IMG/VR virus record: IMGVR_UViG_3300029993_000005 | Location: 1 to 64,000 of that record | DNA: 64,000 nucleotides | Strand: one strand, 5' to 3' | In this document: in pieces, positions 26,319 through 34,333 of the stretch | How the letters are laid out: each line of letters opens with the position of its first letter | How positions within the stretch are numbered: position 1 is the first letter of the stretch | The notes under the pieces: model-generated | Database searches by the model: none | Seen by the model: only the letters and a program-made list of their open reading frames with translations | What the model was told of the DNA's origin: nothing | Position numbers and translations under genes: made by a program

Positions 26319-27269
26319 TTATCTTATGTGTTGTTGCAACCTTGTGAATAGTTTTTGAACCTGATTATCCGTGTACCCGAAGTAAGTTTGAGCCTTCTTC
26401 TGGTACCTGCTGAATGCTACATTATCAACTAATACCGAATTGTCGGATCCCAAGAATTCAGAAAATCCTTCATGGAAGTGTCCGGCACAACACAACAAAA
26501 ATTCTTGCGCGTCCTCACGAACCCTGTGCGATATATTTACTAGGGCCTCCAGATGCTCCTTAGCATGCGCTAAATAGGTGCTAGGGGCCTCCAAAGACAG
26601 TACTTCATCCACCTGTACATGATAGCTCTCGGTCATACCCTCGTGGTTGACGTACAAGCGTTGTCGTCCGGGACTCGTGTGATAAGTAATTAAGGTCTGT
26701 CCTGTGTTGTGAATCGCTGATTTTGCCGTGTTCTCAAAGTGCAGCAACGATTCAAAACGTGGGTACGACATATACAACGCCTTTATTGCTGCTGTCTCCA
26801 TGTCGGCTTGCAGATCATCCCTGCGTACACCATAACTCTTGATCAGAAAAGTCATCTTCTTGCTGATAAACTTTCCGATGTACGAGGACAAGGACTGACC
26901 AGTAATCGTGTCCGAGACTAAGGTATCGAAGTCCTCCACCGAGTATGCAGGATAAGTCAAAGGCAAGTGTTTCAGATTCAACCTAGATAGAAACTTAGCA
27001 TCTTTTAAAGTGACTCCAAAGTCAGAGGCCTTTGGCTTAGGTGAACCGAACCTAGATTTGTAGAAGGCCCAAGCATACAGCTTGCAGTTCTTTAACACCT
27101 CTCCGTCTGTTCGCACCATAGAGAGTACACGTTCGGCCTTCTCAGGGTCACCTACTAGTTTGACTAGTGTTCGTTGATCAATATCCGGTCTGTGAAACAG
27201 ATAAGCAAATAAAGCACCGCCAACATATGCCATCTCATGACTGGATAGCCCCAATTTATTTTGCAACAT
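26319..27269 (-). CDS. putative divergent sigma70-family factor
   Basis: RRDDLQADMETAAIKALYMSYPRFESLLHFENTAKSAIHN resembles region 2; C-terminal AQTYFGYTDNQVQKLFTRLQQHIR resembles region 4 HTH; ATG 27269 behind GGGGGA. Confidence 0.55.
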   Translation of the reverse strand: MLQNKLGLSSHEMAYVGGALFAYLFHRPDIDQRTLVKLVGDPEKAERVLSMVRTDGEVLKNCKLYAWAFYKSRFGSPKPKASDFGVTLKDAKFLSRLNLKHLPLTYPAYSVEDFDTLVSDTITGQSLSSYIGKFISKKMTFLIKSYGVRRDDLQADMETAAIKALYMSYPRFESLLHFENTAKSAIHNTGQTLITYHTSPGRQRLYVNHEGMTESYHVQVDEVLSLEAPSTYLAHAKEHLEALVNISHRVREDAQEFLLCCAGHFHEGFSEFLGSDNSVLVDNVAFSRYQKKAQTYFGYTDNQVQKLFTRLQQHIR

Positions 27270-27310
27270 GTTAAGTCCCCCGACGAGTCTTGAATACGTA
27301 TAAGTACAAT

Positions 27311-28021
27311 TCAACGTGTGATATTGAAACTCAATTGATCCACAACATCGGCAACGCGACTTCGCCGGGACCTGGACTTAGAGCTAGTCTTGGACTTATC
27401 TTTAGTATCAAACATTTGGGGAAACGTATCGATAGTCGGCGGTTCATACGCATCGATAATAGAGTTTCGTACAATCACTTTATTATTGGGATCATGAATC
27501 TTGTTGGCTAGTTGCAGTTCAGTGCGCTTGACTCGCCACTGCTGGGCCGTCATAAGTCCTTCTGAATTTTGATTGATATAAGAAACAAAGGATGAGCCAC
27601 GTGTGCGCTTGTCAGGACTACCCATGAGTATAAGTTGACCACCCGAGGTATAACCCATGACGAAAGCAGCCAGATAGTTTGAAACGAAGTCGCGACCCAC
27701 CTTGAAATAGAGTTTGGTTCCCATCTCGAATTGACGCTTGCGCTGGTCCCTGAGCAAGCCTAGAAATATCTTACGTTCTTTGGTAGTGAAATTTTGAAAC
27801 AGAGAAGCAATCTGTACAAACTGATCGCTATTTTTAGCTACTTGAGTGACGTCAGGGGTGAAACAACGAGGGGCAATACCCACGCCCTTCACTCCCTCCT
27901 CGATACATACTTTGTCTCTACTTGAGTGTGCATGATGTTTGTAATGCAGACACTCGTTGCAGCGAAATGCTTCACTTAAGGACTTTGCGCTTGCAGTACC
28001 CAGCGAGTCTTTTTTCAACAT
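27311..28021 (-). CDS. hypothetical with N-terminal Cys/His metal-binding motif
   Basis: CNECLHY...VC...PRCF. Confidence 0.75.
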   Translation of the reverse strand: MLKKDSLGTASAKSLSEAFRCNECLHYKHHAHSSRDKVCIEEGVKGVGIAPRCFTPDVTQVAKNSDQFVQIASLFQNFTTKERKIFLGLLRDQRKRQFEMGTKLYFKVGRDFVSNYLAAFVMGYTSGGQLILMGSPDKRTRGSSFVSYINQNSEGLMTAQQWRVKRTELQLANKIHDPNNKVIVRNSIIDAYEPPTIDTFPQMFDTKDKSKTSSKSRSRRSRVADVVDQLSFNITR

Positions 28022-28050
28022 GCTCTGTGATCCTAGTTAAGGCCTCAAAC

Positions 28051-28157
28051 ACTGTCTAGTATGAGTCCCTTAATGTGTAGCCTAGTCCCTAATCAAAGGT
28101 CTAGATCCCTTGTGAACTAATGTAGCCCCGAGTCCCAAGTATAGATGGGCTACATTA
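28051..28157. repeat. 20-nt periodic TCCCT motifs plus an 11-bp hairpin
   Basis: tccct at 28066, 28086 and 28106, tccca at 28133; taatgtagccc 28118-28128 / gggctacatta 28147-28157. Confidence 0.7.
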
Positions 28158-28170
28158 CGCGTGGCCTACA

Positions 28171-28545
28171 CTACACAATAATACTGGATTTATTTTGCTG
28201 GGTCTGGGGCAGGGACTGGGCCACCTGAATACTGGTCGTTGCCTTGATGTAGTCATTGACCAAGGCTTGTGGCGCGGGCAGCATGACTAATACAAGGTCA
28301 TCGGGTAGAACCAATGATTCTAAGGTCGGTAGAAACCCACCTAGACTTAGCCAAGGGCTTAATGTAAGTGCAGGTGCCCCCGTTTGAGGGTTACGTGTGG
28401 GCACCACTTCTAAGGCTCTGTGAACCCGCAGTCCAGGACTTTCTTCGTCGCTTAGTTCTGATTCGAATGTGGCCTTGGTCAGCAGAACAACACCGGTCTT
28501 GAGATGGATAAGAACCACATCGCCGTCATTCATTTGCGCACTCAT
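28171..28545 (-). CDS. hypothetical, possible Sm-like beta-barrel as seen in large myoviruses
   Basis: LIHLKTG..LL...LSPW...Y.K.TTSI pattern (from memory). Confidence 0.4.
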   Translation of the reverse strand: MSAQMNDGDVVLIHLKTGVVLLTKATFESELSDEESPGLRVHRALEVVPTRNPQTGAPALTLSPWLSLGGFLPTLESLVLPDDLVLVMLPAPQALVNDYIKATTSIQVAQSLPQTQQNKSSIIV

Positions 28546-28575
28546 TTTGCGTACTCCGTTGTTGTCTTTGTGGAT

Positions 28576-29022
28576 TTAGTCTGAGAAGTGTCTACGGTAC
28601 AAATTGTCTAAGGCTAGATTAATCAAGGCCTCTCTACTGCGCAAGCTTGGATACACTTTCTTTAGTACTTCTAACTGATGCTGCTTTTTTCGATCAAGCG
28701 TTAGTATAACAACGACTCGTTTGTTTGGATCATTTTTTACAGCTTCGAACGCATTAAAAACACGTGTTGCCAACCACAATATTTTCTGTTTAGCCTCGTC
28801 CGGCTCACCTAGCAAAAGTTGAAAATAGGGTTTTTTAGACTTGATGCTCAGCGCGATTTTGTGTAGGCAAGTATGGTGTCCATCGCACAGAGACACCGTG
28901 GGCCCGTCAGAGCCGCCAGCTGCACGGGGGACTATATGATGTTCCTCTCTGTTGGCCGAGCCACCGCAGCCTACGAACTTAGAACGACACACCCAACAGT
29001 GGTCAAGAACTATTGAGTCCAT
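28576..29022 (-). CDS. HNH endonuclease with C-terminal RHH-like segment
   Basis: CWVC...EEHHIVPRAAGG...LCDGHHTCLH; VILTLDRKKQHQLEVLK...SREALINLAL. Confidence 0.85.
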   Translation of the reverse strand: MDSIVLDHCWVCRSKFVGCGGSANREEHHIVPRAAGGSDGPTVSLCDGHHTCLHKIALSIKSKKPYFQLLLGEPDEAKQKILWLATRVFNAFEAVKNDPNKRVVVILTLDRKKQHQLEVLKKVYPSLRSREALINLALDNLYRRHFSD

Positions 29023-29045
29023 GATTAACTCCAGTTGGTTACAAG

Positions 29046-29450
29046 TTAAGACATGGTTGCTAACCAGTCAGCAGCCTGGTCACTATCGTCAGAGTCACAG
29101 CCAAGACCAATACCTAGAGCAGCTGCAATCTCATTGGCTAGTTCGTCACCAACAGCACTTCTGGGTGCTTCTAGGACAGAAACCTCAGCATTTGGATGTG
29201 CAGCTTTGAATAAATAGCCGAGAGGGTCGCGGACTAGTCCGCAAATAAATTTGGTTTCTGTTCTCTCCAGAGCTATACAAGGACCAGTAATACAGCCCAG
29301 GAATTCTTGAGCCAACATACAAGGTTCGACAGAACAGCAATAACCGCAACCATTACAGGATTCACCCATTTTTGGTTTTGCTAGACTTAAGCTGATTTGA
29401 GTCACGATTAATTTTAACTTTGAATTTATTTGGGATTGGGTTGGGGGCAA
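29046..29450 (-). CDS. CxxCxxCC (YkgJ-like) Cys-rich metal-binding protein
   Basis: CNGCGYCCSVEPC...GPC.AL...CGL; start uncertain. Confidence 0.7.
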   Translation of the reverse strand: MPPTQSQINSKLKLIVTQISLSLAKPKMGESCNGCGYCCSVEPCMLAQEFLGCITGPCIALERTETKFICGLVRDPLGYLFKAAHPNAEVSVLEAPRSAVGDELANEIAAALGIGLGCDSDDSDQAADWLATMS

Positions 29451-29510
29451 GAACTGCCAGATAGCCTTTTCGATAGCTTAGATGAATTTGGTATGTGTGA
29501 AACTATAGTG

Positions 29511-29519
29511 TATTTACTA
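29511..29519 (-). promoter_or_regulatory. TAGTAAATA motif
   Basis: Intergenic, upstream of 29450. Confidence 0.55.
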
Positions 29520-29533
29520 GCTAGCTTTAAGTT

Positions 29534-30049
29534 TTAGCGTTGAGTCTCAGCCATCATTGATGCATAAAAATCTGCTTGAGGCACCGAATGAAAGTCAGAT
29601 GCTGAAATAAGCTCAGCGTCAAAAGTAAGGGGTTGATAAGAACCCTGCAGGCTGTTCGAAATACTGATAATAAAGCTGCGGTAAGACCGGCTCAACGAGG
29701 GCATATCTGTTTTGATCACTAAATGCGGAAAATAGTGATCACCGTAGAAAGCAGATGGTGCGTGCTCGCGGACTTCAAGACAACGGTCAGTTAGCGATCT
29801 ACTGGTCAACGGAAGTAACAAGGACGATGTCATAGTCGAGGTGTCAAAATATACTTTGGCCGTGCCAGCCTGAGCCTCATAGAATGCCTCTTGATCAACT
29901 TCCATTTCATGCGCCGAAGAATTGATTTCAACAAAGGTTTGGTTCAAGTTCAAGTCAAATGGACAGCCGCTAAAAACATTCGACAAATAGCTCAATGTTT
30001 CTTTGGATGGTAAAACCAATAATTGATAGACTAACATTTGATGCCTCAA
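29534..30049 (-). CDS. Acb1/T4-57B-like 2H-phosphodiesterase fold with degenerate HxT motifs
   Basis: S.ETL..L, LLL.L.S..L..R, DHYFPHLVI and PLTFDAEL line up with the recalled Acb1 layout; first HxT replaced by FVE. Confidence 0.55.
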   Translation of the reverse strand: MRHQMLVYQLLVLPSKETLSYLSNVFSGCPFDLNLNQTFVEINSSAHEMEVDQEAFYEAQAGTAKVYFDTSTMTSSLLLPLTSRSLTDRCLEVREHAPSAFYGDHYFPHLVIKTDMPSLSRSYRSFIISISNSLQGSYQPLTFDAELISASDFHSVPQADFYASMMAETQR

Positions 30050-30627
30050 GTTTTGATCTGCAAAGGAATTTGGCTGATAGCTGCGAACGTCCTCAAATGT
30101 CCCGCTTCAGTGCCCCATAAATCCTTACGATGTTGAACCGCATCTTCTATAGAACGAAGCTCTATCAGTTTGTTTGGTGATGTCCTTCGGTTTAAGAAAT
30201 AAACCCGCAAATTGCTTTCCAGTGCACGATTAATAGCGTAGGTCCAAAATCTTTGGCCTTGTGAGGTCTGCTGCTTGTCTGCAATAAGTGCCTTGTACTT
30301 TGGCAGCAAATAGTCAAAGAAGATGTGGGCCGCAAACCCAGCAGAAGCGGGATCGGTTTTGTTGGACCACACCAAAACCTGACGCCCCAGCTCAAGCCTG
30401 TTGTGCTTCACGGCTTCATATCTAACGAAGTACAAGATTTCGTTATCACGTGCAAGAATAGAGTAGCCGTTCTGTTTGTCGCCGAGAAAATAAACGTCGG
30501 CTCCATGATATTTTGTTGTTGGCTTCGCCTTCTTCTCTCTTATTCTGGAGACAAGCAATTTCTTAACATACTCCACTAGGGAGTCGTCAAGTGGTTCTAT
30601 TAACTGAGTTGCAAGATGCTCTTCCAT
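30046..30627 (-). CDS. hypothetical, possible GNAT-fold protein
   Basis: RQVLVW...GFA..IF..YLLPKY..LIAD.QQTSQGQRFW resembles phage GNAT-like proteins (inference). Confidence 0.45.
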   Translation of the reverse strand: MEEHLATQLIEPLDDSLVEYVKKLLVSRIREKKAKPTTKYHGADVYFLGDKQNGYSILARDNEILYFVRYEAVKHNRLELGRQVLVWSNKTDPASAGFAAHIFFDYLLPKYKALIADKQQTSQGQRFWTYAINRALESNLRVYFLNRRTSPNKLIELRSIEDAVQHRKDLWGTEAGHLRTFAAISQIPLQIKT

Positions 30628-30646
30628 GATTTTTCCTAATCAAACA

Positions 30647-31642
30647 TTAAAAGGCTGGCCCCCAGGATTTCAACAGTATATGTGATCCTGGGAAGGCCTT
30701 GGCAAACAGCGTGACCTCAGAACTAGGCATGACCCAGAACCAGGCTCCACCAGCCATACCACAGGGCTTTTCTTCCACAAATGATAGCTTAGTTTTGAGC
30801 TGGAGTTCAATTAATTTTTTCACCGCGAACGCCACTTGTAGCCATTTGTCCCTAGGCACTTCCTGCCCGTCAGCATGGCGTTTGCTGAGCTTCACAGACT
30901 TGGGGTTGATGCCTATCACAAGCTGGCCGTGAACCACAGGGTAGCCACCAATCGAGTCAACGTTAAACCCATTGGCCTTGAGTGTTTCATAGTGCATGGA
31001 CTTTAGAGCAATCGGTATAACAGGAATTCTGGAGATTACAAAGTCTTTATCCTTCAGCGATTCTAGGTTCTTGCTGTCTTTAGAAAGACGTTCAATAATT
31101 GATGCGGCATCAACAGAAAACAGGGGATCGGCGTCTTCACCCAATAATAATCGTTGGTGCTTTGCTAAACTGGCTTTAGCCTTAACCAATTGTTTGTCGA
31201 TTTCTACTAAGGCCTTCGGCAACTCAGTCACTTCAAGCATAGACTCTTCTATGTCACCTATGAACACACCTTCTCTGAGTGTTGTGAGTTCATTCATATA
31301 TGATTTCAGGACCTTGCCTAGTCCGTGGGGGACCGGAGCCTTGAATAGGAGCTCAAGCTTACGCCTAGCAATCGTTAACTTCTTGAGCTTTAATTCTTTA
31401 GCTACAACTGGTAATGCCGCCAGACTGGCTGCGGATTTTCGCAGTTCAAATCTCAAGTCGGTTAGTGCTGAAACTCTACGTTCTAATTTGGTCCCTATCT
31501 GTGCGTCATCGGGTCCGGCCTTGGACCCGACTTGGAGTAAAGGTATGAGTTTCGTCAACTGCGATTGGTTCTTTGCTGATAAGCCTTGTCGTGCTTGATA
31601 ACGATCAAAATTTGAGTCAACAACCCGTGTCGCGTTTTTCAT
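30647..31642 (-). CDS. hypothetical protein
   Basis: 331-aa ORF. Confidence 0.8.
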   Translation of the reverse strand: MKNATRVVDSNFDRYQARQGLSAKNQSQLTKLIPLLQVGSKAGPDDAQIGTKLERRVSALTDLRFELRKSAASLAALPVVAKELKLKKLTIARRKLELLFKAPVPHGLGKVLKSYMNELTTLREGVFIGDIEESMLEVTELPKALVEIDKQLVKAKASLAKHQRLLLGEDADPLFSVDAASIIERLSKDSKNLESLKDKDFVISRIPVIPIALKSMHYETLKANGFNVDSIGGYPVVHGQLVIGINPKSVKLSKRHADGQEVPRDKWLQVAFAVKKLIELQLKTKLSFVEEKPCGMAGGAWFWVMPSSEVTLFAKAFPGSHILLKSWGPAF

Positions 31643-31682
31643 ACGTTTCTCTAGTGGCTTGTACTAAAATTGAATTCCAAAT

Positions 31683-31727
31683 AAAGAATGGGGCCGAACT
31701 CTTGACCTTGAGTAAGCCCCATTCTTT
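31683..31727 (-). terminator. intrinsic terminator after the 31766 gene
   Basis: aaagaatgggg / ccccattcttt stem, T-rich follow-on on the minus strand. Confidence 0.7.
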
Positions 31728-31765
31728 TGTTTCCTTCAGTTACCAAACGTATACTGATTCAGCTA

Positions 31766-32191
31766 TTAAATCAAGAAATCGTCCTTGCTGATTTTCTTGA
31801 CCTTGGTTTGCGCCGGAACTTTCGGACCCGGCTTTGTTGCTTGCGGACGGATCTTATTCTCAACTTTACCCTTGGTGTTGGCTACTTTAGCCTTCGGTGC
31901 CGGGGCAGCTTGGACTTTGGCGTTAGCACGAACCTTACGTACCGGCTCGTCATCTTCCTCAGCTGCACGCTTGGCACGCGGACCCTTCGGGGCACCCAGC
32001 TTCTTACCTTGGGTCGTGCCCTTAGCTTCAGCCTTTTCCTTAGCAGCTGCAGCGCGAGCCTTGATGTTTTCAATGCGTTCCGACAGCTTTTCATTCTGAG
32101 CTGTCAGCTTTGCATTTTCACGACTCAGATTTGCGACTACTGCCGCAATGTTCTTTGCTTGTTGCACTACGTTTTCTTGAGACGTTGCCAT
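31766..32191 (-). CDS. Lys/Ala-rich basic protein with N-terminal coiled coil
   Basis: Start moved to ATG 32191 behind AAAGGAAA. Confidence 0.8.
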   Translation of the reverse strand: MATSQENVVQQAKNIAAVVANLSRENAKLTAQNEKLSERIENIKARAAAAKEKAEAKGTTQGKKLGAPKGPRAKRAAEEDDEPVRKVRANAKVQAAPAPKAKVANTKGKVENKIRPQATKPGPKVPAQTKVKKISKDDFLI

Positions 32192-32253
32192 TTTGAATTT
32201 CCTTTGAGGGAGGGGTTTTAATTGCATGCACGTTTATTGTAATGCACACATAG

Positions 32254-32262
32254 TATTTACTA
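32254..32262 (-). promoter_or_regulatory. TAGTAAATA motif
   Basis: Intergenic, upstream of 32191. Confidence 0.55.
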
Positions 32263-32340
32263 CAAGACAAACAATGTTGTTCGAGAAAATAAATTTGTTT
32301 TTAAATCCTCGAACTGAATCATTAAATTACGGTTTGTGCA

Positions 32341-33744
32341 TTATTCGGGAAACGGGTAGATACCAACCAAATCAGTCTGACGGAAACGACGTTTTGCTGT
32401 CGTGGACTTTGGGTGACTCAATGTCGCAAGCATAGCGAACGGCTCTTGACTATCACCACGGACCTCGCAGCGAATACCCGTTGAGTTACCGACCTTGATC
32501 CAGGTGCAACCAACATGAAGGAATGGGCGGAAGAATTCTAGTTCTTTAAACTTGATGCGTGCCTGTGCCTGACTCGGAGTTGGTTCTTCGGCTTCGGCTT
32601 CGCACTCATCTGAACTTTCGTCTCCGTCCTCATCTAGTTCAAGTTCTGAGGAAGGAACTAACGTTAAGCCAGGAGTTAGCACTTGTTCAAAGTCTACCAA
32701 GGTCACCAATGTTTTCGGATGGGTAGCTTCAACTACTACACCATTACCAAACACTTTGTGATAGACGGAGGTCCCAGAGGCCCACCAGGATTCAGGTATA
32801 ACGTCACACATCAAATGCTCAGTGGCATCATTGTCTTCATCGGATTTAGCAAAAGTGTCGTCAACCCAAACTGAGTGCCATTCGCAATAAGGATCAAAAT
32901 CAAGATCAACAATTAGACCAAGAAGTTCTCCACTAGACTTGTCTCTGGCTGCCATATCAACCGCGAACTTTACACCGTTGTGGACCAAGGACACGCACTT
33001 GCCGTTTTTGTAGACGACATCACTGATCACGGGTTTCTGGTTGGCTACTGTGACTGTGCAACTAGTCTGGTCCACGCTAGACCGGCTCTTCTTTGTTTTC
33101 TTGGTCGATTTTATAGCAGTCTTTGACAACAGATTAGAGATCTTGGCTTTATCAATTTCAGCATCAGTGGCTAAACTCAAGTGTTCTTTAAGAACGTAAC
33201 TTGTCTTATCTGAAAAGTTTAAGCGAATGTCCAAATCACTGGAAAACGGAAACTCCACCACTTGACCGGTACCATATTGAGGATGACTGTACCAATCACC
33301 GGGCCTGAAGTCCGGCAGTTTAACTTTTTCAGGAAATTCTACAAGCTGACTATTATTGACGACGCTCCCTGCCTTATTGACATCTGACCTAAGTGCTGGA
33401 GTAAGATCAGAAATCTCAACTAGATATTTCCCATCCAGAAAACTCAACCACGCATGGTTAGGATCGCAGTCTTGAACTGATAGCGCCTGTCCAGGCCCCC
33501 GTTTGGGATGAATGTACCAAGCACAAGCAATAATGCGAATATCTGGTTGATTTTTGGCCTGTGCTTTTTTCGCAGCCTCAATAGACTTGCGGGTCGGAAA
33601 CTGAAATGCAAGGGCCTTTACCTTATCCTGCTTTTGTTGATCGCTTACAGCCTGCGTGTCCAGTGTGAGCTTGTCCCCATCCCCACCTTTTGGCTTCAGT
33701 TTAGAACTACGATCAGTATCTTGCACAACATTAGATTTTGCCAT
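32341..33744 (-). CDS. protein with three Tudor-like H(P)xxGxG repeats
   Basis: WYIHPKRGPGQALSV, GDWYSHPQYGTGQVVE, GTSVYHKVFGNGVVVE; start moved to ATG 33744. Confidence 0.65.
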   Translation of the reverse strand: MAKSNVVQDTDRSSKLKPKGGDGDKLTLDTQAVSDQQKQDKVKALAFQFPTRKSIEAAKKAQAKNQPDIRIIACAWYIHPKRGPGQALSVQDCDPNHAWLSFLDGKYLVEISDLTPALRSDVNKAGSVVNNSQLVEFPEKVKLPDFRPGDWYSHPQYGTGQVVEFPFSSDLDIRLNFSDKTSYVLKEHLSLATDAEIDKAKISNLLSKTAIKSTKKTKKSRSSVDQTSCTVTVANQKPVISDVVYKNGKCVSLVHNGVKFAVDMAARDKSSGELLGLIVDLDFDPYCEWHSVWVDDTFAKSDEDNDATEHLMCDVIPESWWASGTSVYHKVFGNGVVVEATHPKTLVTLVDFEQVLTPGLTLVPSSELELDEDGDESSDECEAEAEEPTPSQAQARIKFKELEFFRPFLHVGCTWIKVGNSTGIRCEVRGDSQEPFAMLATLSHPKSTTAKRRFRQTDLVGIYPFPE

Positions 33745-33767
33745 TCTTTTGCACTCTTCAATTGCCG

Positions 33768-33787
33768 GACATTCGATAGGGAGCCCG
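33768..33787. repeat. 20-bp exact repeat in 5' leaders (copy 2 at 34213-34232)
   Basis: gacattcgatagggagcccg at both sites, followed by gctagccctt / actaagccctt. Confidence 0.9.
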
Positions 33788-33808
33788 GCTAGCCCTTTGA
33801 AATTAAGA

Positions 33809-34192
33809 CTATACGTGTTTACGATTACTGAACACGATGATGGACCCATTCTTGCCGTACTTATGAACAGAAGCTGTGTGGTTGTCACCAAATGTTACGA
33901 CCTTTATGTCCAAGACACCGCACTTATTACGTTCGATGGGGAACCCGCCCTTCCACCATTTGCTGGTTGAATACTTATTAATTCGCATCAACCGGGCGAT
34001 AACTTTCGAACGTTTGCTTGCCACGACCACGGACACCAGTGTGCGTGATTCGTTGGATTCCCTCTGCAGCCATGCGGTAACCGGATGTAACCCGGCTTCT
34101 CGGGCTAACAAAAAGGCCCGACCTACGACATCGGTTTCAAAGCCGATGCTCTGTAATCGGGTGGGAATTGCTGGCCTGTATTTTTGCATCAT
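33809..34192 (-). CDS. hypothetical basic protein
   Basis: Start moved to ATG 34192 behind GGAG. Confidence 0.7.
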   Translation of the reverse strand: MMQKYRPAIPTRLQSIGFETDVVGRAFLLAREAGLHPVTAWLQRESNESRTLVSVVVASKRSKVIARLMRINKYSTSKWWKGGFPIERNKCGVLDIKVVTFGDNHTASVHKYGKNGSIIVFSNRKHV

Positions 34193-34333
34193 TCGTACTC
34201 CGTGGTATGCCTGACATTCGATAGGGAGCCCGACTAAGCCCTTGTACATTATTTACGAGCATATCAAAATCAAGAAATTGTTGTCAGGAAGTTGCGTAAC
34301 CAATTTTCATCAACGAGCTATGAAAGTGGGGGT

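Noticed and set aside
33745-34249. Shared peptide KGL[AV]GLPIEC in two track ORFs
   Set aside because: For the 32341 gene there is no plausible start upstream of it without overlapping the neighbour; better explained as a nucleotide element in the leaders
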